DNA of 64,000 nucleotides, from positions 8,458-72,457 of the forward strand of contig CAYRHT010000002.1 in NCBI GenBank assembly GCA_964424195.1, given 5' to 3'. This document shows positions 28,020-37,543 of this stretch, one piece after another. This DNA is from an uncultured Gammaproteobacteria bacterium (GTDB lineage: Bacteria; Patescibacteriota; Patescibacteriia; UBA1558; S5-K13). Positions within the stretch are counted from its first letter, which is position 1; each line of letters begins with the position of its first letter. The notes below the pieces were generated by a model. It searched no databases, had not been told where the DNA came from, and saw only the letters and a program-made list of their open reading frames with translations. The position numbers and the translations under genes were made by a program.

Positions 28020-28977
28020 AGTTTTATTAATCTTTTATGGAGGAACTAAACTTTCTAATAAGAAGGGAAGTTTTATTTTCGTAGAAAAGAAGTCTAATAT
28101 TGAAAGCTGGATGAAAGAGGTGCCAGAGATTTCATTAATGGCGGACGTAAAAACGCTCTTTATAGATAAAAATAGTAGAATCTTAGACAAAAATAATGTT
28201 CAAGAATTAATTCGTCAGATAGAGAATCATATGGATCAAGTTGATGGAGTAGTGATATTACATGATGTTGATACTATTCCTTTGTTAGCTAATCAATTAT
28301 TTTGGCAGATTCAAAACCCTTCTAAACCAATAGTAATTACTGGATCAAATGTAATTGAACAAGCTAATGAATATTTACCAGATTTATCATTTAAAGCTAA
28401 TATTATTAATGCTTTTCAAGTTGTAAATAGTAGTCTTCATGAGATTAGTGTTATTTATGGTAATAGAGTCATTTTAGCTTCTAAGATAGTTCGAACTAAA
28501 TTACATGATTTAAATATATTTAAGGCTATTGATAAAGAGTATTTAGCTAGAATTGATTTTGGATTGTCTATTAAATCTAAAAAGAAATACAAAGAGAAGG
28601 TTAAATATTATTATGATTTTAATTATGATTTTTTGTTTTTTAATTCTATTCCTAGTATAGAAATATTAGAAACATTATTAAGTAAAGATAGTGATTTAAA
28701 GGTTATTGTCTTTAAAGCTTTACCTAATCAGATTATAGAAAGAGAAAAATTAGTGAAAGTTTTTAACTTAGCTCAGAAAAATAAGAAATTAGTTATTTTT
28801 TATAATCAGATTGGTTTTTCTAAAGATTTCTTTAAAGATACAATTTTAACTGTTAGTAAAATTAGTCCAGAGTGTTTAAGTGCTAAGTTATCTTGGATTT
28901 TAGGGCAAACTAAGGATGAGGATAAGATTAGGAGTTTATTAAAGAAGGATATTCAAGGAGAGTTTTTGAATCTATAA
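28012..28977 (+). CDS. L-asparaginase type I-like protein, probably inactive
   Basis: GGT, DGVVILH, KPIVITGS and KLSWILG are present, but HGTDT is changed to HDVDT. Confidence 0.75.
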   Translation: MNKVLLIFYGGTKLSNKKGSFIFVEKKSNIESWMKEVPEISLMADVKTLFIDKNSRILDKNNVQELIRQIENHMDQVDGVVILHDVDTIPLLANQLFWQIQNPSKPIVITGSNVIEQANEYLPDLSFKANIINAFQVVNSSLHEISVIYGNRVILASKIVRTKLHDLNIFKAIDKEYLARIDFGLSIKSKKKYKEKVKYYYDFNYDFLFFNSIPSIEILETLLSKDSDLKVIVFKALPNQIIEREKLVKVFNLAQKNKKLVIFYNQIGFSKDFFKDTILTVSKISPECLSAKLSWILGQTKDEDKIRSLLKKDIQGEFLNL

Positions 28978-28981
28978 TTAT

Positions 28982-29593
28982 ATGAAACTATATTATTGTG
29001 CAAATTTAGACAAGATGAGTGATAAGAAGTGGGAGAAAAAGTATATTGCTATCCATAAGTTTTTAGTTAAGAGCGGAATTAGTCTAGTTTCAAATGTTGA
29101 AAAAAAGATGGTAAATGGTGAAAATGAAGCTCGGAAAAGTATTTCCTATGATCAAATTGAAGCAGTTATTATAGAAGGAACGCATATTGCTTCTGATACA
29201 GTATATATTATTGCTACAGCTTTGGCATATAAAAAGCCAGTTTTATATCTAATGGAAAAAGGTCATCAAATACCGGATCAATTATCATATATTAGAAAAG
29301 ATAAAAATCTAGGTAAGAATTTTTTTCTTAAATTTTACAAGTCAGAAGGAAAAGAGGCAGAAAAAATAATCTTTGATTTTTTAGGGTTATTAGAATCTGG
29401 TACTTTAGTAAGAGAAAAAGTTAATGTTAAATTTACTTTAAGAATATCTCCAAGAATAGAGAGATATTTAAATTGGAAAGCTACAAGAATAAAGAAACCT
29501 AAAGCTGAATATGTAAGGGATGTTTTGAATAAAACAGCTATAGAAGATAAGAGTTATAAGTCATTTTTAAAGAAAATAGAGCAAGATTTTTAA
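28982..29593 (+). CDS. Nucleoside deoxyribosyltransferase-like domain fused to a C-terminal ribbon-helix-helix domain
   Basis: MKLYY...AVIIE.T..S...ALAYKKPVLYL (NDT/Rcl-like fold); C-terminal VKFTLRISP....YL.......KPKAEYVRDVL (RHH-like). Confidence 0.55.
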   Translation: MKLYYCANLDKMSDKKWEKKYIAIHKFLVKSGISLVSNVEKKMVNGENEARKSISYDQIEAVIIEGTHIASDTVYIIATALAYKKPVLYLMEKGHQIPDQLSYIRKDKNLGKNFFLKFYKSEGKEAEKIIFDFLGLLESGTLVREKVNVKFTLRISPRIERYLNWKATRIKKPKAEYVRDVLNKTAIEDKSYKSFLKKIEQDF

Positions 29594-29658
29594 CTTTGGA
29601 AAGCCTTATTTTTGTGTTAGAATTAAGTATATAGTCTAATCTATGTACTTATTTTGTT

Positions 29659-31428
29659 ATGGAAAATAATGAGACAATTTATAGTCGTTTTCAAAAAAAT
29701 GTATTAAATAATGGAAAGAAAACGGCGCTAGCTTATGTTAATAATGAAGATTATGAGAAAATAAGTTACCAAGAATTAAATAATTTTGTATTACAGATTG
29801 TTAATTATTTTTTAAGTTTAAAATTGAAAAAGGGGGACAGAGTAATTATCTTAAGTGAGAATAGATGGGAATGGCCAGTGATAGATTTAGCAAGTAATTA
29901 TTTAGGTTTAATTTTAGTACCAATTCATACTACTTATGGCTATAAATACATTAATTATATTATTGAGAAGACTGATCCAAAATTAGTCTTTATTTCAAAT
30001 CAAAAGCTATTTGAAAACTTTAAAAAGATTGATAAGAATTTAATAGATAAATTTCAAGAAATAATTTTGTTAGATAATAATGTAAAGGATGATTTAACAT
30101 TAAAATATTGGTCAGATATTATTAGTAATTTTGATAGTAAAGTTAATATTGATCCGGTTTTAGATTTAGAAACAATCATGACTATTATTTATACATCTGG
30201 AACTACTGGAATGCCCAAGGGAGCTGTTTTAACTAATCATAATATTTTAGTTAATATTGATAATGTTTTGAAATATGTGCCAATATATTCTAATGATAGA
30301 TTTTTTTCTTTCTTACCATTATCACATGTTTTAGAAAGAGTTGCTGGTAATATAGTACCTTTGACATTAGGAGCTTCTATTTATTATAGTCGTAATCCAA
30401 AAACTTTAGTCGACGATATCAAAAAAGCTCAACCAACTATCATGGTCTCGGTTCCGAGAATTTTTGAAAAAATATTTGATAAAATTCATGATAAGTTAAG
30501 AGATGGTTCTAAATTTAAACATCAACTTTTTTATCATGCTTTAAAAGTTGTTAGTAAAATTAATGCTTCTAAAAGAAACAAAGAAAAACCTAATAAATTA
30601 ATATATTTACAATCTAAGGTTTTAGATAGTCTAGTCTTTAAGAAAATTAGGAGTATTTTTGGAGGTCATTTAAGATTGGCAATTTCTGGAGGTTCAAGTT
30701 TAGATAGAAAAATAGCTAGGTTTTTTGAAGACGTGGGAGTCCAAGTAATAGAGGGCTATGGTTTAACAGAAACTTCTCCAATTATTGCTGTGAATAAGAT
30801 AGATGATTATAAATTTGGTACTGTTGGTTCAGTTTTAGCAAATTTAGATTTAAAAATAAATGATGATAAAGAAATTTTGGTTAAAGGAAGCTCAGTGATG
30901 TCTGGTTATTGGCAAGACGAAGAGTCAACAAAGAATGCTCTTCAAGATGGATGGTTTTCTACTGGAGATCTTGGTTTCATGGATAAGGATGGTTTTTTAA
31001 ATATAATTGGTCGTAAGAAGGAAATGATAGTTTTATCAACTGGTAAGAATATTATTCCAGTGAATATTGAATTAGCTGTAAATTATGATCGGTTTATTAC
31101 TCAATCATTAGTTATTGGTTTAAATCGGAAATTTATTACGGCTTTGATTGTTCCCGATTTTGAAGAATTAAAAATATATTGTCAGCAGAATGATATTAAA
31201 TGTAGTGAAAATAAAGATTGTTTAGGAAATGAAAAAATACAGAAATTATATCAGAATCGGATTAATAAGTCTTTAAAAGGTTTTGCAGATTATGAACAGA
31301 TTAAAAGTTTTTATTTAGTAGATCGGGAATTTGATCAAGAACACGATGAATTAACGCCTACTTTGAAGTTGAAGAGGGAGAATATTAAGAGTAATTTCTT
31401 TCAAATAATTGATAAATTTTATGAGTAA
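29659..31428 (+). CDS. fadD: Long-chain acyl-CoA synthetase (AMP-forming, FAA1/FadD15-like)
   Basis: IIYTSGTTGMPKG, SFLPLSHVLER, VPRIFEK, EGYGLTETSP, GWFSTGDLG, GRKKE, ELTPTLKLKR. Confidence 0.92.
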   Translation: MENNETIYSRFQKNVLNNGKKTALAYVNNEDYEKISYQELNNFVLQIVNYFLSLKLKKGDRVIILSENRWEWPVIDLASNYLGLILVPIHTTYGYKYINYIIEKTDPKLVFISNQKLFENFKKIDKNLIDKFQEIILLDNNVKDDLTLKYWSDIISNFDSKVNIDPVLDLETIMTIIYTSGTTGMPKGAVLTNHNILVNIDNVLKYVPIYSNDRFFSFLPLSHVLERVAGNIVPLTLGASIYYSRNPKTLVDDIKKAQPTIMVSVPRIFEKIFDKIHDKLRDGSKFKHQLFYHALKVVSKINASKRNKEKPNKLIYLQSKVLDSLVFKKIRSIFGGHLRLAISGGSSLDRKIARFFEDVGVQVIEGYGLTETSPIIAVNKIDDYKFGTVGSVLANLDLKINDDKEILVKGSSVMSGYWQDEESTKNALQDGWFSTGDLGFMDKDGFLNIIGRKKEMIVLSTGKNIIPVNIELAVNYDRFITQSLVIGLNRKFITALIVPDFEELKIYCQQNDIKCSENKDCLGNEKIQKLYQNRINKSLKGFADYEQIKSFYLVDREFDQEHDELTPTLKLKRENIKSNFFQIIDKFYE

Positions 31429-32395
31429 TAAGTTTTTATTTACTACGCAATTAAGACATATAAACGATTTGGATATGAAATATTCATTTCTAAGATTCAT
31501 TCCAAGATGTATAAAATATTTTTTATTAAAAATATACCCTATTAAGTATAAAATATATCCTTTATTAGAAAAAGGGAATATTAAGGGATATTTATTAGTA
31601 TTTTTATACACATCAAAACAAATTATTTCTAATAAAAAATATTTTAGTACTTTATTTTTGAAGATTATTAAAAAAATTAAACGTAAAATGAATTTTTCTA
31701 TTGTTGGATTAGGTTCTTTTACTTCAGTTGTTTCTCATGGTGGTGTAGATTATCATAATTCTATAAAGGATGTGTCATTTACAAACGGTAATGCTTTGAC
31801 TACTTATGTTACTTTTAAGCATTTATTGCAAATACTTGATTTTTTAGATAAAAAAATAAGTATAGCTGTTATTGGCGCGAATGGTTCTATAGGATCAGCT
31901 ATCACAGCTTTAATATGTCAGTCTGGAATGTTTGGTGATGTAATGTGTATAGTTAGAAATAATACAAGTGTTTTAGATTCTTATAATTTAAATAATATTT
32001 TAATATCTTCTGATATTAATAAAATATCATCATATGATGTTATTGTTATGTGTACTTCAAGTAAAGAGGTTTTATTAGATAAAATAAATCTTAAACCTGG
32101 TGTGATTATTTATGATATTACTCAGCCGTCTAATATTTCTGATAATTTTAAACATAAAAAGAATGTTAAAGTTTTTACTGGGGGATTATTAAAATTAGGA
32201 TCAAACTTGAAATTGAATATTGATTTAGGATATGGTAAAGATATAATTTACGGTTGTTTAGGGGAAACAATTTTATTGTCAATGTTTAAATATGATCAAG
32301 ATTTTTCTTTAGGACATGTAACTATTGATAAAGTTGAACAAATAGGAAATATGTTAAATGAATCAGAAATAAAAGTAATAAAATTAAAATTATGA
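31421..32395 (+). CDS. Fatty acyl-ACP/CoA reductase-like NAD(P)-dependent oxidoreductase (AAR/COG5322 family)
   Basis: VGLGSFTSVV, TNGNALT, AVIGANGSIGSA, D...P.N, GG, YGCLGE and FSLG.VTI.KV.QIG parallel cyanobacterial AAR motifs, including the catalytic Cys. ATG at 31421 overlaps the fadD stop. Confidence 0.75.
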   Translation: MSNKFLFTTQLRHINDLDMKYSFLRFIPRCIKYFLLKIYPIKYKIYPLLEKGNIKGYLLVFLYTSKQIISNKKYFSTLFLKIIKKIKRKMNFSIVGLGSFTSVVSHGGVDYHNSIKDVSFTNGNALTTYVTFKHLLQILDFLDKKISIAVIGANGSIGSAITALICQSGMFGDVMCIVRNNTSVLDSYNLNNILISSDINKISSYDVIVMCTSSKEVLLDKINLKPGVIIYDITQPSNISDNFKHKKNVKVFTGGLLKLGSNLKLNIDLGYGKDIIYGCLGETILLSMFKYDQDFSLGHVTIDKVEQIGNMLNESEIKVIKLKL

Positions 32396-34590
32396 GATCC
32401 TTATTATTATTTTTAATAGCGTGTATAAATTTGTTTTTAGGATTGATTATTCTCACTAAAGGTAAAAGTAAAAAATATAATATTTATTATTTTTTAGTTG
32501 TTTTATCTTTGTCGTTTTGGTCGCTTGGAGTGGGGATGTTTTATTATAATACAGATATTAGTTTTTATGACGTTTTTTTTGTAAAAGTATTATATTTTTT
32601 TGGCTCACTTATATCTACTAGTTTTTTAGGATTTGTTTTATCTTTTCCTAAAGATAAGAAAATAAATTTAAAATGGAATGTATTACTATTTTCCCCTAAT
32701 TTTTTATTATTCTATTTAATCTTTATAACAAATAATGTTATAGATAGTGTATATATTGATACTTTTAAAAAAATAGCATATGGTAACTATTTATTTATTT
32801 TTAATATAGAATTTATACTTATATTATTGGTAGCATATCTAATTTTATTAAAAAAATATTTTTTAGTTAAAAATAAAAATTCTTTATTAAAAAAACAATT
32901 ACAGTATATTACTATAGGAACTTTGATTTCTGCAATGATTGGTTCTTTTTGTAATATTATATTACCGGCTTTAGGAAATTTTTCAGTATTTTGGGTTGGT
33001 CCAGTTTCTACAATATTTATGGTGGGTTTATTTACTTATGCTATTACGCGTTATCGTCTCATGGATATCCGTCTAGTGATATCTAAAAGTATTTTGTACG
33101 TAGCTTTGGTTGGTATTATTACTTTCTTGTTTACTACAGCCACTTTGTTAACTGGAGAAATCTTTGTTGATATACCAGGGGTATCAAAGACATTAATTAC
33201 TTTAGGTGTTTCTTTAATAATAGTTATAGGAATTGATCCTCTGAAAAGATTTTTAAATAATATTACTGATAAAGTATTCTATAGAGGTAAAATTGATTAT
33301 CAAGATGTTTTAAGAAAGTTAGGTGGAATCATTGCTAAAGAAATTGATCTAAAAAAACTACTTATTGATTTATCTCATAATATTGAAGAGTTATTAAAGT
33401 ATAAAGAGGTAGATTTTTTGTATAAGAGTAATAGTTCTGGAATTTACCGAGGAATTATTAATAATAATGAGGTGATCACAGATAAAGAAGAAATAGTTAA
33501 ATATTTAGAAGATTCACGGGAGATTATTCTTACTGAAGAATTAGAAATTAAAGCACGTGATAAGGGTGTAGAAGAAAAAAAATATCTTCTTTCTATAGCT
33601 AAACGTTTACGAACAATGAATATTGGATTAATAGCTCCAATAATATCAGAAAATAATATCATTGCTTTTTTGATTATTAATAAGAAGTTATCAGACGATG
33701 TTTTTTCTACTCCAGATTTAAATTTAATATCAGTAATGACTCCTCAAATTGCTAATGCTTTAGAAAAGGCTAAACTATATAGCGAAGTTCAAGAATTTAA
33801 TGTTAAATTACAAGAAAAGGTGGATAAAGCTACTGGAGAATTAAAACGTGCTAATATTGATTTAAAAGAAGCCAATGTTCATTTAAAGCAATTAGATGAG
33901 GCTAAATCAGAATTTTTATCAATTGCTTCTCATCAATTGAGAACTCCATTAACTGGAATAAAAGGATATTTATCTATGATTCTAGAGGGGGACTATGGAA
34001 AGATGGATAAAAAACAAGAAAAGATTATTCAAGATGTATTTAATGCTAGTGATCGAATGAGTAGATTAATTAATGTCTTCTTAAATGTTTCTCGAATTGA
34101 ATCTGGTCGTTTGAAATTAGACTATACAGATGTTAATTTAGGAAATCTAATTAATGAATGTATTAAAGACTTGCACTCAACTGCTCAAGAAAAAGGTTTA
34201 GAGTTGAATTTTAAGTATCAGAAGAATGAAATTCCGTTAGTAAGCGTTGATTCTGATAAAATGAAAGATGTAGTTTTAAATTTAATTGATAATGCTATTA
34301 AATATACCCATAAAGGTAGGATTGATATTAAATTATTAAAAGAAGGGGAGGATAAAATTTTAGTTCAAATTAAGGATACTGGTATAGGTTTAGATCAAGC
34401 TGGAATAGAAAAATTATTTAGTAAATTTTCTCGAGGGGATGGTATTTCTAAGATTAATACAGGCGGTTCTGGGTTAGGTCTTTATATCGTGAAAAGAATT
34501 ATTGAAGAACATGGTGGAAAAGCTTGGGTAGAGAGTGATGGAGTGGGTAAGGGAAGTACTTTTCAATTTACTCTACCGATTAATAAATAG
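32392..34590 (+). CDS. Sensor histidine kinase (7TM + extra TMs + GAF + HisKA + HATPase)
   Basis: KSEFLSIASHQLRTPL, NLIDNAIKY, DTGIG, F..F.R, GSGLGL, GKGSTF; N-terminal 7TM ending YAITRYRLMDI. Confidence 0.93.
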   Translation: MRSLLLFLIACINLFLGLIILTKGKSKKYNIYYFLVVLSLSFWSLGVGMFYYNTDISFYDVFFVKVLYFFGSLISTSFLGFVLSFPKDKKINLKWNVLLFSPNFLLFYLIFITNNVIDSVYIDTFKKIAYGNYLFIFNIEFILILLVAYLILLKKYFLVKNKNSLLKKQLQYITIGTLISAMIGSFCNIILPALGNFSVFWVGPVSTIFMVGLFTYAITRYRLMDIRLVISKSILYVALVGIITFLFTTATLLTGEIFVDIPGVSKTLITLGVSLIIVIGIDPLKRFLNNITDKVFYRGKIDYQDVLRKLGGIIAKEIDLKKLLIDLSHNIEELLKYKEVDFLYKSNSSGIYRGIINNNEVITDKEEIVKYLEDSREIILTEELEIKARDKGVEEKKYLLSIAKRLRTMNIGLIAPIISENNIIAFLIINKKLSDDVFSTPDLNLISVMTPQIANALEKAKLYSEVQEFNVKLQEKVDKATGELKRANIDLKEANVHLKQLDEAKSEFLSIASHQLRTPLTGIKGYLSMILEGDYGKMDKKQEKIIQDVFNASDRMSRLINVFLNVSRIESGRLKLDYTDVNLGNLINECIKDLHSTAQEKGLELNFKYQKNEIPLVSVDSDKMKDVVLNLIDNAIKYTHKGRIDIKLLKEGEDKILVQIKDTGIGLDQAGIEKLFSKFSRGDGISKINTGGSGLGLYIVKRIIEEHGGKAWVESDGVGKGSTFQFTLPINK

Positions 34591-34607
34591 ATTGATTATT
34601 TTGAGAT

Positions 34608-35078
34608 ATGTATATTATTCATGAACAAAAACAAAGATCTAGTATTATAGTTATATTAATATATATTATTTCTTCTATAATTCTATTATTAGTTGTTATT
34701 AATCCAAGATTCTTAAGTTTACCGGAATTAACAAAAGTTTCTAGAATAGTTTTAATTATAGTTTTATTAATTGATATCTTTTTTTTAGAAAGTTTTTACG
34801 AATTGAAATTTAAAATAACTAATGAAGGTTTAGAATTTGGTTATGGTTTATTGAAGAATAAAATTAGTAAAAATAGTATTAAATCAATCTCAATTTATAG
34901 TTCTAAAGGCAATTTTTTTGGTTATGGTATTAGGTTTAATAAAAGTAAGGTAATGGGATTTATAGCTCAACATGGTGAAGGTTTAGAAATAACTCATAAA
35001 GACCAAAGGAAGTTTTTTATTACTATGAATAATCCACAAGAAGCCTTAGATATTATTAAAGAAAATAACTATGTATAA
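34608..35078 (+). CDS. Two-TM membrane protein with a possible PH-like soluble domain
   Basis: Two TM helices, then a beta-rich region with GYGIR...G.G.EI...KFFI...NP. Confidence 0.55.
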   Translation: MYIIHEQKQRSSIIVILIYIISSIILLLVVINPRFLSLPELTKVSRIVLIIVLLIDIFFLESFYELKFKITNEGLEFGYGLLKNKISKNSIKSISIYSSKGNFFGYGIRFNKSKVMGFIAQHGEGLEITHKDQRKFFITMNNPQEALDIIKENNYV

Positions 35079-36264
35079 ATTTAAGAGCATTAGAAAAATA
35101 GGGGATTTACAGGGCAAAAAAGTTTTGTTGAAGTTAGATTTGAATTTATCTTTAGATAAAACTGGAACAGTTAATGAAGATTCTGTATTAAGGATTGAAT
35201 CAGTATTGCCAACTATAAATTATTTAATGGATAAAGGATCTAGAATAATAATAATTTCCTATTTAGGTCGACCAGCTGGTAAATTTGTAGAAGAATTAAA
35301 GATGAATCCAGTAGCAGAGCTATTATCAAAATATGTAAATAAAGAAGTAAAGAAATTAGATTCTAGTATGGTTCAAAATACAAAGAAAGATATTGATAAT
35401 ATGGGAGATTCCGATATTATTTTGTTGGAAAATATTAGATTCTATAAAGAAGAAAAAGAAAATGATGAGAAAATGGCAGAATCCTTAGCTAAATTATTTG
35501 ATATTTATGTTAATGATTCATTTTCTAATGCTCATCGAAAACATATGTCATCCTGTGCAATTACGAACTTTTTACCTAGTTATATGGGATTTAAATTCCA
35601 AGAAGAAATAGAAAATTTAAATAATATTTTAGAAATGGATTGTTCTAATCGCTTATTAATTTTAGGAGGAGCTAAACTTAAAACTAAGTTAGTTTTAATT
35701 GAAAAATTGAAAGATAAGTTTGATAAGATATTATTAGGTGGAGTAATGGCTAATACTTTTTTAAAGGCTAGAGGAATGGATATTGGTAAATCTATTTTTG
35801 AAGAGGAGTGTTTAGAAAAAGCAAAAAATATTGATAGCGACAAAATTATTCTTCCAATAGATATTTTAGTTTCCAAAGAGATTAACAATGAGTCATCTAT
35901 TTTAACTAAAGACATAGAAGAGATAAATTCAGATGAATTAATTTTAGACATAGGTCCTAAAACAATTAAATTATTTTTAGATTATATTAAGAGTACTGAT
36001 TTAATACTTTGGAATGGTCCGATGGGATATTTTGAATTAAATCAATTTAAAAATGGAACTCAAGAATTAATTACAGCTATGGTTAGTTCTAAAGCAAAAA
36101 TATATACTGGAGGAGGGGAGACTATTACTGTTTTAAATGAAATGAAGATGAATCAAGATTTTAATTTTGTTTCTACTGGAGGAGGAGCAATGCTAGAATT
36201 TTTAGCTGGGAATGAACTACCAGCTTTACAAGCTTTAGAAGATAATGTTTTAAAATTTAAGTAA
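35071..36264 (+). CDS. pgk: Phosphoglycerate kinase
   Basis: D.N, LGRP, LLENIRF, YVND.F..AHR, GGAK, LDIGP, WNGPMG, STGGGAMLEFL. Confidence 0.95.
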   Translation: MYKFKSIRKIGDLQGKKVLLKLDLNLSLDKTGTVNEDSVLRIESVLPTINYLMDKGSRIIIISYLGRPAGKFVEELKMNPVAELLSKYVNKEVKKLDSSMVQNTKKDIDNMGDSDIILLENIRFYKEEKENDEKMAESLAKLFDIYVNDSFSNAHRKHMSSCAITNFLPSYMGFKFQEEIENLNNILEMDCSNRLLILGGAKLKTKLVLIEKLKDKFDKILLGGVMANTFLKARGMDIGKSIFEEECLEKAKNIDSDKIILPIDILVSKEINNESSILTKDIEEINSDELILDIGPKTIKLFLDYIKSTDLILWNGPMGYFELNQFKNGTQELITAMVSSKAKIYTGGGETITVLNEMKMNQDFNFVSTGGGAMLEFLAGNELPALQALEDNVLKFK

Positions 36265-36283
36265 ATAAATTAAATATAAAAAT

Positions 36284-37543
36284 ATGCCTAAAATTGAGAA
36301 AATAATTGCGCGAGAAATTCTAGATTCTCGAGGTAATCCAACTGTTAGTGCTACGGTATTTTTAACTGATGGTAAATATTATTTCGCTTCTGCTCCATCT
36401 GGAGCTTCTACTGGAAGTTCAGAAGCTTATGAACTAAGAGATCAAGATAATTCTCGATATCATGGTTTAGGAGTTTTAAAAGCAATAGAGAATATTAATA
36501 CTAAAATAAACGAAGAGTTGAAAGGTTTAGATATTAGTGATCCGAGGAGTTTAGATAAAAAGATGATTGATCTTGATGCTAGTGATAACAAGATGAATTT
36601 AGGAGCTAACGCTATAATTGCTGTTTCTTTAGCTATTAATAAAGCAGCAGCTGGTAGTAGTAATTTACCTTTGTATAAATTTATTAACGAATATTATGAT
36701 TTTGCATCTGACCCTAAATTACCAATACCTTTGGTAAACATTTTTAATGGCGGAAAGCATGCTAGTACTAATTTAGATTTTCAAGAATTATGGATAATTC
36801 CAGAGAAATTTAGTAATTTTCAAGAAAGACTAAGAGTAAGCTCAGAAATTTTTCATGAATTTGGCAAGGTTTTGTCTGAGAATGCTTATGATACAGATTT
36901 AGGCAATGAAGGTGGTTATGCTCCAGATTTGAAGGAAACTGATGATTCTTGGGAGATGATCCTCCAAGCTATCAAGAGAGCTGGTTATGAGGGTAAAATT
37001 AGCCTAGGATTAGATGCTGGAGCTACTACTTTCTATAATAAGCATTCTAAGAAATATAAGATAAAATTAGATAAAAAAGATTTGAATTCTACAGAAATGA
37101 TAAATTATTATATGAATTGGCTTAAGAAATATCCTATTAAATATATTGAAGACCCTTTAGATGAAGATGATTGGAATAATTGGAAAGAACTTAAAAAAAC
37201 TATGGATTTATCTCGGAAAGATATAATTATTATTGGAGATGATTTATTCACTACTAATGTAAAGAGATTACAAAGAGGAATAGATGAAAATAGTGCTAAT
37301 GGAATTATTATCAAACCAAACCAAATTGGAACTATTAGTGAAACTATTGATTGTATTAAATTAGCACAAGATAACAAGTTCTCAATAATTATTTCACATC
37401 GAAGCGGTGAAACTTGTGATGATTTTATTGCTGATTTAGCAGTTGGTTCTGGAGCTGAACATATTAAAACTGGCTCTATTTCTCGAGGAGAAAGAGTTTG
37501 TAAATATAATAGATTATTAGCAATTGAAGGAGAATTATTATGA
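36284..37543 (+). CDS. eno: Enolase
   Basis: REILDSRGNPTV, PSGASTG, EGGYAP, GDDLF.TN, KPNQIG, SHRSGET, SRGER..KYN. Confidence 0.97.
   Translation: MPKIEKIIAREILDSRGNPTVSATVFLTDGKYYFASAPSGASTGSSEAYELRDQDNSRYHGLGVLKAIENINTKINEELKGLDISDPRSLDKKMIDLDASDNKMNLGANAIIAVSLAINKAAAGSSNLPLYKFINEYYDFASDPKLPIPLVNIFNGGKHASTNLDFQELWIIPEKFSNFQERLRVSSEIFHEFGKVLSENAYDTDLGNEGGYAPDLKETDDSWEMILQAIKRAGYEGKISLGLDAGATTFYNKHSKKYKIKLDKKDLNSTEMINYYMNWLKKYPIKYIEDPLDEDDWNNWKELKKTMDLSRKDIIIIGDDLFTTNVKRLQRGIDENSANGIIIKPNQIGTISETIDCIKLAQDNKFSIIISHRSGETCDDFIADLAVGSGAEHIKTGSISRGERVCKYNRLLAIEGELL

Noticed and set aside
31409-32395. Shikimate or amino-acid dehydrogenase annotation, or an alkane biosynthesis operon
   Set aside because: The motifs match the AAR/COG5322 family rather than AroE, and no aldehyde-deformylating oxygenase is in the window, so alkane synthesis is unsupported.
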